A DNA stretch of 63,841 bases. It comes from Thermoanaerobaculia bacterium. GTDB taxonomy: Bacteria; Acidobacteriota; Thermoanaerobaculia; Multivoradales; UBA5704. Shown here piece after piece: positions 17,669 to 26,621 of this stretch; the first letter of the stretch is position 1, and each line of letters starts with the position of its first letter. Under the pieces are notes generated by a model. It saw nothing but the letters and a program-made list of their open reading frames with translations. It ran no database searches and was not told the DNA's origin. The DNA is taken from positions 1 to 63,841 of the forward strand of contig JBBRUC010000005.1 of the NCBI GenBank assembly GCA_038248205.1, given 5' to 3'. A program made the position numbers and the translations under genes.

Positions 17669-19126
17669 TCAATCCTCCTCTGCCAGCGGCGCGATCCATT
17701 CCGCGCCGTACAGGCGGCGGGGTGCGTGGGCGAGGTCCGCCTCCGGTTGCACCAGGGGACGCGGCGGCCTGCCGTTGAAAGAGATCGAGGTCTCGGCGCG
17801 CACCTGGCAGTCGGCGCACCCGGCTTTTTCCAGCCGCTGGGCCAACTCCTTTGCGAATTGGCGAATCATGTCCGGATCGTGGACCATCATCTCCCACTGG
17901 CGCTGGGAAAGGGCGTCCTTCGCGTCGGCGAGGTCGATGCGGCGGCCCTGGTCATCGAATGCGGTAAAGCGTATCGATCCGCGTTTGTCCCGAAGCTTCA
18001 TCCGCCAGGAGAAGCGGATTCCTTCTTCGGTCCAATCGACGTTTCCCGGATAGGCGAAGTGGCGTAAGGGAAAGAGCAGCTGCAATGCGACCCACGCCGC
18101 GAGCACGCCCCGTCCGCGCCTGCCCAGCGGAGTCACTGGCGCTTCCACCACGTCCGGCCGCGGCTTCTTTCTTCTCTTCGCGCCGAGCTTCTCGCGCGCG
18201 GCCGCCTCCGCTCGCCGCATCAGGCCGACTCGGCGCGGCCAATCGGGATCGAAGAAAAGCGTGGTGGCGGCGATCATCAACCAAGGGAAGACCCCGATCG
18301 AAAAGAGCTGCGAATTCAACAGGTGGAACCCCAGCACGATGACCACGGCGATCCATCGGGTTCGTCGCCAAAGAAGTGCCGGAACGATGAGTAAGTCGAA
18401 CAGCGCGCCGCTCCAACACAAGAAGTAAGCGGCCTCGGCTCCTTTGGGGAATCGCCCGCCGAGAGGGCCTTCGGTCCCTTGCTGAAGCCAGAGTTGCATC
18501 GGTTGCGCATGGAAGAGCCAATCTTTGTTGAGCTTCGCGAGACCGCCGAAGAAATAGGGAACACCCAACTGAAAGCGTAGCAGCCAGAGAGTCCAAGCCG
18601 GAACCACCCGTGACCGGATCGCGGGTCGTCGCCACGCATCGAGCGAGGCTGCGCGGTGGCTCGGGATGAATACCATCAGAATGGCGAGCAGACAGATCAG
18701 GTAGGTATGGTTCTGGTAATCCGCTTCATCCAGAAGAAAGACGTAGGTGATGCCCAGCGCGAAGTAGAGGGTGGCGAAGCGGTAGAAGAGACCGAAAGCG
18801 ATCAGTAGCGCGGCAAGCGCCAGCAAGGCGAAATGAATTCGCATCCCGGTGGGCGAAAATCGATCCACCCACTCGAAGCCGAAGAATTTGAACAGGATGA
18901 GGGGTTGCAGGTATTGCCGTTCCAGCCGGCCGCCCAACAAATATTGGAGGACGTGCCAAAGCATCAAAAAGCCGAACGCGATGCGAAAGAAAGCAACCGA
19001 AGCGATGTCTATCGGCTGGTCGAGCCGGGACACCAAGGCTCCCATAGGGGCACCCGGCCCTGATTCACCTGCGGGCATGCTCCCATTATAGGCGCACCTT
19101 CTAACGCGAAGCCCAGCAAGAGACAT
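17669..19126 (-). CDS. HTTM-domain (vitamin K-dependent gamma-carboxylase-like) membrane protein
   Basis: IDIASVAFFRIAFGFLMLWHVLQYL followed by multiple TM helices is the HTTM signature. A soluble C-terminal domain is present. The exact start is uncertain. Confidence 0.7.
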   Translation of the reverse strand: MSLAGLRVRRCAYNGSMPAGESGPGAPMGALVSRLDQPIDIASVAFFRIAFGFLMLWHVLQYLLGGRLERQYLQPLILFKFFGFEWVDRFSPTGMRIHFALLALAALLIAFGLFYRFATLYFALGITYVFLLDEADYQNHTYLICLLAILMVFIPSHRAASLDAWRRPAIRSRVVPAWTLWLLRFQLGVPYFFGGLAKLNKDWLFHAQPMQLWLQQGTEGPLGGRFPKGAEAAYFLCWSGALFDLLIVPALLWRRTRWIAVVIVLGFHLLNSQLFSIGVFPWLMIAATTLFFDPDWPRRVGLMRRAEAAAREKLGAKRRKKPRPDVVEAPVTPLGRRGRGVLAAWVALQLLFPLRHFAYPGNVDWTEEGIRFSWRMKLRDKRGSIRFTAFDDQGRRIDLADAKDALSQRQWEMMVHDPDMIRQFAKELAQRLEKAGCADCQVRAETSISFNGRPPRPLVQPEADLAHAPRRLYGAEWIAPLAEED

Positions 19127-19269
19127 GGATCCAAAGCCGGCAGTCCCACCCTTTCGTGATTGCGGCCCCGCCCCAACGATCGGCGCGCGCGGGGCGGCTC
19201 CAGGGGGAACCTTCCAGCATGGCCTCCCGAGTTCCGTCGGCTCGGGCGCAATCCCTTCGGAGGTGCCCC

Positions 19270-21171
19270 ATGAACCGCTTCGAGAACCTTTCCCGCCGCC
19301 TCAGCTTGTCGGTGTCGTGGTTGTTCCTACTTCTGTTCGTCGCCCGCCTCGCAAGTCCCGCAAGTTGGGTGCCGGTCGGACCGGGGGCCTCTTGGCGCTT
19401 CGGCGTCACCTCGTTGACGGTCCAAGCGGGCACTGCCGGCGGAGTCTGGCTGGGAATGCCGCACGGCGCTCTCTATCGAAGCCAGAACCGTGGCGCGAAC
19501 TGGCGCTGGGTCGGCCGGCCGTTCGGCGGTGGCGCGATCTCGGCGATCGACGCCGACCGCTCGCTTCCCGGGCGCCTTTTCGCCGCCACCACCGCAGGGG
19601 TCTACCGAACGGACGATGGCGGAACCCATTGGACCAAAGTCTCGATGCCGGACTTTGCCAGCCTGCTCGGCGGCAGCGAACCGGAAAGTCTGGCGGCGAC
19701 CCCGGGGACGCTCTACCTCTCCGCCGGTCCGCGCCTGCTCGTCAGCGCCGACGGGGGACGGACCTTCGAGGTGCGCTTCGAGGCTTCGACTGATCAGACC
19801 CTCGCGTTCGCCGTCGATCCTTCCCGTGCCGGCCGGATCTACCTGGCCCATACCATCGACGGCGTAAGCCACCTCAAGAAGAGCACGAACGCCGGCAAGA
19901 GCTGGTCCGAGGTCGCAACCCCTCTCTGTTCGAACCTGAACTCGCTCAGGGATCTGGCGACCGTTCGCGGCGTCATCTACGCCACTTGGTCCGGCTCCGC
20001 TTCCGAACTCTGGCGCAGCCGAGACGGGGGCCACACATGGAATCGCCTCCTCGACGGCGATCTCGGCCCGCTCGCGATCCATCCCGCCAAGCCGCGAACG
20101 CTCTATCAGAGCCGGTCGAGATCGGACGCCCCACCGGAACTCTTGGTGAGCCGCGACGGCGGCGACAGCTGGAGGATTCTCGGTACGCTACCTTTCTATC
20201 TGCAACGCTTGGGGGTCGATCCAGCCTCCGGTACGTTCTATGGCCTCGGGGAAGCCGGATATCACCAGTCTGCGCTCGTCCGTTCCGCCGACGGCAAGGT
20301 ATGGGAAACGATCTTCCTCACCCCTTCGAGCGAAGCCGAGGTCGCGCGGCTCTCCTTTCGCCCCGGGCTCCCCAAGCACCAATCGCTCACCGTCGGCTGG
20401 AGCCTCTACCGCAGTTTCGACGGCGGAGCGAGCTGGAGCTGGCGCGCCCTGCCCTTCCGGCCGGGTGACGTCGCGCTCGACCACGACCCGAACCGGCTGA
20501 TCGCGATCTCGGGCCTCTACGCCTATCTGAGCGAAGACGCCGGCCGGACCTGGCGGACGACCTCGTCGAGCCTCTTCTATGGCGAGGGTTTGGTCCGGAG
20601 CGATCGCGACACCCTGTTCGCGATCGGCTGCGGCGTCGTGCGCAGCACGGATGACGGCGAAACCTGGCGGGTCGTGTTGCCCTGTTTCGCATCCAACGAC
20701 GATCCGCCCCGGTGGACCGCGAAGCTCGACGTCGATCCGATGCGCCTCGACCGGGTCTACGCCCTCTCGTTTCAAGGCGTCATCGACGGATTGCCACACG
20801 GGCCGCTCAACGACTGGCCGTCATTCCTCTGGCGCAGCGAAAACGGCGGCGCGACCTGGAAGAAGGCCACCTCCAACCTGCGCGCGTTCGCCCTTGAACG
20901 GGGAACCGGCAGACTCTACGGCGCGCGGGGAACGAAGCTCCTCGAAAGCGACGACGCCGGGCGCACATGGCGCCTCGTCGGCACCGCTCCTTCGGAGGTG
21001 CTCGACCTGATCGCCGATCCGACGACGCCCGGCGCCCTCTTTGCCAATGGCCGCGGCGGCCTGCAATGGAGCCCGGATCGCGGTACAACCTGGACCGCCG
21101 TAAACCCCGGCGGCGGCTGGGTGCTGCAATTCAACCCCGCGAACCCGAAGGTGATCTACACCGAGACCTAG
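19270..21171 (+). CDS. secreted BNR/Asp-box repeat (sialidase/Ycf48-like beta-propeller) protein
   Basis: The start is trimmed to MNRFENLSRRLSLSVSWLFLLLF (signal peptide). About ten SxDxGxTW Asp-boxes are present (SADGGRTF, STNAGKSW, SRDGGHTW, SRDGGDSW, SFDGGASW, SEDAGRTW, STDDGETW, SENGGATW, SDDAGRTW, SPDRGTTW). Confidence 0.8.
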   Translation: MNRFENLSRRLSLSVSWLFLLLFVARLASPASWVPVGPGASWRFGVTSLTVQAGTAGGVWLGMPHGALYRSQNRGANWRWVGRPFGGGAISAIDADRSLPGRLFAATTAGVYRTDDGGTHWTKVSMPDFASLLGGSEPESLAATPGTLYLSAGPRLLVSADGGRTFEVRFEASTDQTLAFAVDPSRAGRIYLAHTIDGVSHLKKSTNAGKSWSEVATPLCSNLNSLRDLATVRGVIYATWSGSASELWRSRDGGHTWNRLLDGDLGPLAIHPAKPRTLYQSRSRSDAPPELLVSRDGGDSWRILGTLPFYLQRLGVDPASGTFYGLGEAGYHQSALVRSADGKVWETIFLTPSSEAEVARLSFRPGLPKHQSLTVGWSLYRSFDGGASWSWRALPFRPGDVALDHDPNRLIAISGLYAYLSEDAGRTWRTTSSSLFYGEGLVRSDRDTLFAIGCGVVRSTDDGETWRVVLPCFASNDDPPRWTAKLDVDPMRLDRVYALSFQGVIDGLPHGPLNDWPSFLWRSENGGATWKKATSNLRAFALERGTGRLYGARGTKLLESDDAGRTWRLVGTAPSEVLDLIADPTTPGALFANGRGGLQWSPDRGTTWTAVNPGGGWVLQFNPANPKVIYTET

Positions 21172-21222
21172 GACGGCGTGTACCGGCTGGCGCTGCCTTG
21201 AGAGGGGCGGCGCCACTCAGGA

Positions 21223-21690
21223 CTATTTGCGCGCTTCCGCCTCCGCCAGCCAGCCGCGACGGAGGTTCTCCGCCGGGACGCTTGAAAGATAGGGCTTGAG
21301 ATCGAGGACCGGCGTGCCGTCCAGCATGTCGACACCGCGGACGAAGAGCACCCGCCCCTCGCGCCGCAACAGCTCGACGACCGTGAGCGCCAGCGGATTC
21401 GGCCGGCGCGGCGAACGGGTGGCGAAAACGCCGTGCGGCCGGTCGTCGGCCGGCGGCGTGCCGACCCACTCCAGCGGTCGAACCTCCGCGCGGTCGAAGA
21501 CCCATAGCACGTAGAGGTGCGAGAACCCCTCGATGTCCAAGAGCCCCGCTTCGTACTCCGGAAGGATTTCGATCGTCCCCGCCGCGCGGTGCTCCGTCCC
21601 CAGACCTCTGGGGATGTCGTGGGTTGCCGTATAGGAGGAGTGAATGGTGCCGATGGGGCGAAAGGTAAAAGTGTCGACAGGAGTCTCCAT
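21223..21690 (-). CDS. trmO: tRNA (N6-threonylcarbamoyladenosine(37)-N6)-methyltransferase TrmO/TsaA (YaeB family)
   Basis: FRPIGTIHSSY, FSHLYVLWVFD, GVFATRSPRRPNPLALTVVELL and VRGVDMLDGTPVLDLKPY are the YaeB/TrmO motifs. Confidence 0.8.
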   Translation of the reverse strand: METPVDTFTFRPIGTIHSSYTATHDIPRGLGTEHRAAGTIEILPEYEAGLLDIEGFSHLYVLWVFDRAEVRPLEWVGTPPADDRPHGVFATRSPRRPNPLALTVVELLRREGRVLFVRGVDMLDGTPVLDLKPYLSSVPAENLRRGWLAEAEARK

Positions 21691-21956
21691 GATCGGGAAC
21701 TATACTGAGCCGGCCTGATACCTTCGATCGCACCCTTTCTAGATCAGCTCCAAACGTTGCGGTTTCAACTCTCGCCAGCCACTCGAACAGCCGTACTGGC
21801 ATCGGCGGGCGAAATCGCCTGACTCGGCAATCTCCCGGTGCACAAGCGTGATCTCCCGGCGCACCTCTGCAAACCTCCAGCCTGCGTGAGCGATCCCGGG
21901 CCGATCGGCCGCGAAACGCGATAACCTTGCCCGATCACTTCGTCGGAGGACTGAGA

Positions 21957-23210
21957 ATGCGATCGAAAGCGGCAGCTTCCTTGTGGCCGGTTCGTTTCCT
22001 GGCGCTTGCGCTTTTCCTTCTGACCCCAGGCGCTACCCTCGCCCAGAGCCCCGACGGCGTTGCCGCAACCGTCGTTCCTCCCTCGCCGTCCGCGGCGCGG
22101 GCGGTGGCGGAGCCGAGGGTGGTCGAGATCCTAGGGGGGCATCTCGAACTCGACGTCGTGATCCGGCTGCGGCTCGAAAACCTCGCCGAATGGTCGAAGA
22201 CCAACGACCCCAGCAAGCTGGTTCCCTACATCAACGGCCTGGCCATCCGCGGCAACTTCCCCGTCGAGATCGAGACGGCGCGGAACCTGCTTTCCTTCCA
22301 TCTGCAGATCACGCCGGACAACCGAGAGACCTGGACCGACCTGCTGGGCGCGCCGACCAGCCTCCGGCACCCGGTGACTCTGAGCGTCGGGCTCGAAGAC
22401 GGGACGCAATCTTCCTTCGACACGGTCTTCGATCTGACCAACCGGGTGCCCTTGACCGTGATGTCTCCTTGGTACGGCGTGATCGCCGCCGTGCTCACCC
22501 TGGTTATGACGGTGCTCCTGCTCTGGCTCGCCCGCACCACGAACCTGATTCGCGAGACCGGTCCGACTCCACCGGGCGGCAAGCTGCGGCCCTACAACTT
22601 GGGCCGCACGCAGATGGCGTTTTGGTTCTTTTTGATCTATGTCTCGTATCTCGGGATCTGGCTGATCACCGGGACGCTCGACACCATCACCGCCTCCTTG
22701 CTCGCACTGATGGGCATCAGCGCCGGCACCGCCCTCTCCGAGGCGTTGATCGACTCCGGTAAAGACACCGCGACCGCGGCCCAACTCCAGGACCTAACCG
22801 CCGAGAAGCAGGCTCTCGAACAGAACCTCCCAACCCTCCAGACGCAAACCGCGGGGGTCAACGCGAGCACCGACCTTTCGCCCGATGAGCTGACCAACCG
22901 CGACAGCCTGAACCGCCAGGTCCAGGAGAGCCGCACCCGACTCGCCCAGGTGAACCTGCAGATCCAGGCGCTCACTCCCACGGTGGCGTCGGGCGTGACC
23001 CGCGGCTTCCTCCGCGACCTGCTGGCCGACAACTTCGGCTACAGCTTTCATCGCTTCCAGATCTTCGCCTGGACGATCCTGCTCGGGATCATGTTCGTCT
23101 CGTCGGTCTACAACGATCTCGCGATGCCGGAGTTTTCCGCCACGCTCTTGGGTCTGATGGGAATCAGCTCGGGAACCTACATCGGCTTCAAGTTCCCGGA
23201 GCAGAAGTAG
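21957..23210 (+). CDS. membrane protein with central coiled coil, unknown function
   Basis: ATG 21957 is preceded by GGAGGA. The protein has a signal/TM segment, several TM segments and a Q/L-rich coiled coil (AAQLQDLTAEKQALEQNLPTLQTQ). No family was recognised. Confidence 0.5.
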   Translation: MRSKAAASLWPVRFLALALFLLTPGATLAQSPDGVAATVVPPSPSAARAVAEPRVVEILGGHLELDVVIRLRLENLAEWSKTNDPSKLVPYINGLAIRGNFPVEIETARNLLSFHLQITPDNRETWTDLLGAPTSLRHPVTLSVGLEDGTQSSFDTVFDLTNRVPLTVMSPWYGVIAAVLTLVMTVLLLWLARTTNLIRETGPTPPGGKLRPYNLGRTQMAFWFFLIYVSYLGIWLITGTLDTITASLLALMGISAGTALSEALIDSGKDTATAAQLQDLTAEKQALEQNLPTLQTQTAGVNASTDLSPDELTNRDSLNRQVQESRTRLAQVNLQIQALTPTVASGVTRGFLRDLLADNFGYSFHRFQIFAWTILLGIMFVSSVYNDLAMPEFSATLLGLMGISSGTYIGFKFPEQK

Positions 23211-23331
23211 CGCCGCGAGCGCACCGCTGGGACGGACGAGATCGATTGCGCCGGGGACCGAAGCCGGCGTAACCTTTCTCGCAAATCTTCGGAGTCGAGC
23301 ACACCGCCTCCGGCTCTTCGGCTCCCGAGGA

Positions 23332-23922
23332 ATGGCGAGGCAATCCGTGGCGCTCCCTTTCTCGACCCTCATCCATTCCGCCGACCGCGGCGAACCGCAG
23401 GCCTCCGACGCCCTGTTCGCCGCGCTGTACCGCGAGCTCCGCGGCCTGGCGCGGCGCGAGCTGGCGCGCTCGGGGCCGGGGGCGGCGCTCGGCGTGACCA
23501 GTCTGCTGCATGAGGCCTACCTCGACATCGCGAAGCGCGAGGGGGTCGAGTTTCCCGATCGCGCCCGGTTCTTCACCTACGCGGCCCGAGTGATGCGCGG
23601 CTTGATCATCGACGGCCTGCGAAGCCGCCAGGCCAGGAAGCGCGGCGGCGCCTTCGAGATCACCTCGCTCGACGGTAAGGACGTGGGCGATGGCGGCCCG
23701 CCGGACGATGCCGAAGAAATCGAGCGGCTAGGCCAGGCGCTCGACGAGCTGGCGGCGCTCGAACCGGAGATCGCCCACGTGGTCGATCTCAAATTCTTCT
23801 GCGGTTTCACCTTCGCCGAGATCGCCGAGCTGCGCGGCGTTTCCGAGCGGACAGTGCAGCGCCATTGGGACAAGGCGCGGATCTATCTCCGCCACTCGCT
23901 GCGCGAAGGGGTGCTCGATTGA
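23332..23922 (+). CDS. ECF-type sigma-70 factor (TIGR02999/Sigma70_ECF type)
   Basis: ALYRELRGLARRELAR, TSLLHEAYLDI, DRARFFTYAARVMRGLIIDGLRSRQARKRGG and the region-4 HTH (FAEIAELRGVSERTVQRHW) match this ECF family. Confidence 0.85.
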   Translation: MARQSVALPFSTLIHSADRGEPQASDALFAALYRELRGLARRELARSGPGAALGVTSLLHEAYLDIAKREGVEFPDRARFFTYAARVMRGLIIDGLRSRQARKRGGAFEITSLDGKDVGDGGPPDDAEEIERLGQALDELAALEPEIAHVVDLKFFCGFTFAEIAELRGVSERTVQRHWDKARIYLRHSLREGVLD

Positions 23923-26411
23923 ACAGCGAGCGCTGGAAGCTCGCGAGCCCTCACCTCGACCGCGTACTCGACCTCGAGGGAGAGGAGCGGCAGCGCTACC
24001 TGGACGATCTCCTCCGCGAGAGCCCGACGCTCGCCGCCGATCTCATGCTCCTGCTCGAAGAGGACCGCGCGCTGCGCGACGAGCGGTATCTGGAACAAGA
24101 CGTGGGAGAGCTGCTCGCCCCGTCGCCGCTCGCGGGTCAGGTGTTCGGCTCGTACATACTGGACAGGCCGCTCGGGGTCGGCGGCATGGGGAGCGTCTGG
24201 CTCGCGCGGCGCAACGACGGCCGCTTCGAAGGGACCGCCGCGGTCAAGCTGCTCTCCGCCGCGTTGCTTGGCCCCGAAGGCGCCGCCCGCTTCCGCCGCG
24301 AGGGAACGATCCTCGCCCGTTTGAAGCACCCCCACATCGCCCAGCTGATCGACGCGGGCGTGTCGCCGGTCGGCCAGCCGTATCTGGTGCTCGAATACGT
24401 AGAGGGCGAACCGATCGACCGCTGGTGCGAGGAACAGGCCCTAGACGTGCCGGCCCGGATGCGACTGTTTCTCGACGTGCTCGCCGCCGTCGCGCACGCT
24501 CATGCCAACCTGGTGGTCCACCGCGATTTGAAGCCTTCGAACGTCATGGTGTCCAAAGAGGGCTGGGTGAAGCTGCTCGACTTCGGCATCGCCAAACTGC
24601 TCGAAGAGGGGGGGACCGGCGAGTTCGCCCTCTTGACGCGCGACGCGGCGCGGATCTTCACCCCCGCTTTCGCCGCGCCCGAGCAGGTGACGGGCGAGGA
24701 CGTGACCACCGCCACCGACGTCTACTCCCTGGGCGCCCTGCTCTATCTGCTGCTCACGGGGTGCCACCCGACCGGCGACCCCGGAGCCTCGCCGGTCGAG
24801 CTGTTTCACGCGATCTTGAAGACCGAGCCGGAGCTGATGTCCACGCGCGAAGGGCTGCCCGACCGCCTGCGCCGCGAGCTGCGCGGCGACCTCGACACGA
24901 TCGTCGCCAAGGCGCTCAAAAAGCGCCCCGAGGAGCGCTACGCCTCGGTTTCGGCGCTCGCCGAAGACTTGCGCCGCTATCTCGCCGAGGAGCCGATCCT
25001 CGCCCGCCCGGATTCGCTCGCCTACCGGATGGCGAAATTCGCGCGCCGCAACGCCCGCAGCCTCGCCGCCACCGCCGGGGCGGTCCTGGCGCTCGCGGCG
25101 ACCATCGCGTTTTACGGCACCCGGCTCGCCCACGAACGGGACCGGGTACGTCACGAAGCGCAAAAATCGGCGCAGGTGAGCGGTTTTCTGACCGAGCTGT
25201 TGACTCAGGCGAGCCCCTACGATGCGGATCGGCCCGAGCCCACCGTAGGGAGCCTGCTCGACGTGGGCGCCGCGCGGGTGCGCAAAAACTTGGCCGGCGA
25301 GCCCGAGCTGCAGCGCGAAATGCTCACCTTGATGGGCCGGATCTACGAGCGGCGCGGAGCCTACGAGCAGGCCCTACCGCTGCTCGAAGAGGCCGTAGCA
25401 CTCGGCCGCCGGAGCGTGGGGCCAAGCCTCGAGCTGGCTCAAAGCTTGACCGACCTCGGCGTCACCCAAGGGCAGAAGGCGAATTTGGTCGCCGCCCGTG
25501 CGAACCTCGAAGAGGCGCTCGCGATGCGCCGCGAATTTCTCGGCGAGGAGCACCCGGACGTCGCGATCGGTCACAGCGAGCTCGGCCGCGTGCTGTTCGA
25601 TCAAGGCCACCTGGACGAGGCCGAGGCGGAGTTCCGCACCGCCTTGGCGATCCGGCGGAAGATTCTCGGACCGGTTCACCACGAGACGGCGACCAGCACG
25701 AGCGACCTCGGGCTCCTGTTGCGCTTCAAAGGGGACCGGGCGGGCGCCGAAACGATGTTCCGCGAGGCGCTCGACGTGACGCGCAAGGTAAGCGGCCCGC
25801 GGCATCCGGATACCGCGACCGCCCTTTCCAACCTGGCGTTGACGGTCAACGAACGGGGCGACCACGCGGCCGCCGAAGCGATGTTCCGCGAAGCGTTGGC
25901 GATCGGCCGTTCGATCCTGGGCAGAAACCATCCCGATACCGCCCAGCGCCTCGTCAATCTCGCGGGTGCCCTGCGGCTCGAAGGCAAGCTTTCCGAAGCG
26001 GAGGCGACCGTCGAAGAAGGCTTGGCGCTCTCGCGGCCGGCGCTCGGGCCGAACCACCCGGCGGTCGCCCGCCAGGAGACCGGCCTCGCGCGCATCTACC
26101 TCGACCAAAAGCGCCCCGCCGAAGCCGAAGCGCTGCTTACCCACGCGCTCGAAATCCAGCAGCGCAACTATTCCCCCACCGACTGGCGGCTCGGCAGCAC
26201 CCACACCCTGCTCGGCGCCGCCTACACCGATCTCTCCCGCTTCCCCAAGGCGGAGTCTCACCTGCTCCGGGCCTACGAGATCCTCAAAGTGACGCCCGAC
26301 TCCGAAGGCCAAGAGACTCGCGAGGCCCGCGAAAACCTTGCCCGGGTCGTGGCGCTTTACAAAGCATGGGGCCGGCCCGAGAAGGCCGCGCCCTACCGGG
26401 CCGCCCGCTAG
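23919..26411 (+). CDS. Ser/Thr protein kinase with TM segment and C-terminal TPR array
   Basis: A TTG at 23919 overlaps the sigma stop (TTGA). Hanks motifs are present: GVGGMGSVW, AVKLL, VVHRDLKPSNVMV, DFGIAK and APEQ. A TM helix (AATAGAVLALAATIAFYG) follows, then at least eight TPR_10/12-like repeats. Confidence 0.9.
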   Translation: MNSERWKLASPHLDRVLDLEGEERQRYLDDLLRESPTLAADLMLLLEEDRALRDERYLEQDVGELLAPSPLAGQVFGSYILDRPLGVGGMGSVWLARRNDGRFEGTAAVKLLSAALLGPEGAARFRREGTILARLKHPHIAQLIDAGVSPVGQPYLVLEYVEGEPIDRWCEEQALDVPARMRLFLDVLAAVAHAHANLVVHRDLKPSNVMVSKEGWVKLLDFGIAKLLEEGGTGEFALLTRDAARIFTPAFAAPEQVTGEDVTTATDVYSLGALLYLLLTGCHPTGDPGASPVELFHAILKTEPELMSTREGLPDRLRRELRGDLDTIVAKALKKRPEERYASVSALAEDLRRYLAEEPILARPDSLAYRMAKFARRNARSLAATAGAVLALAATIAFYGTRLAHERDRVRHEAQKSAQVSGFLTELLTQASPYDADRPEPTVGSLLDVGAARVRKNLAGEPELQREMLTLMGRIYERRGAYEQALPLLEEAVALGRRSVGPSLELAQSLTDLGVTQGQKANLVAARANLEEALAMRREFLGEEHPDVAIGHSELGRVLFDQGHLDEAEAEFRTALAIRRKILGPVHHETATSTSDLGLLLRFKGDRAGAETMFREALDVTRKVSGPRHPDTATALSNLALTVNERGDHAAAEAMFREALAIGRSILGRNHPDTAQRLVNLAGALRLEGKLSEAEATVEEGLALSRPALGPNHPAVARQETGLARIYLDQKRPAEAEALLTHALEIQQRNYSPTDWRLGSTHTLLGAAYTDLSRFPKAESHLLRAYEILKVTPDSEGQETREARENLARVVALYKAWGRPEKAAPYRAAR

Positions 26412-26621
26412 TTCACATGACCAACCCCGACCAGTCGGTGGCCGGCGTCAACTACACCTTGACCGTTCGCTGAGGCAACGACGGACTCCAAGTTCTCCGA
26501 GGATCGAAAGCGAGGTACGGCGGCAACCCCGCCGTACCCGCCTTTCACGGCCACCTGTCGTCTTTTCCTGCTCGAATCCGATGGAGAGAGAGTCGATCAA
26601 CTCTACCGAAAGGATTCACCC

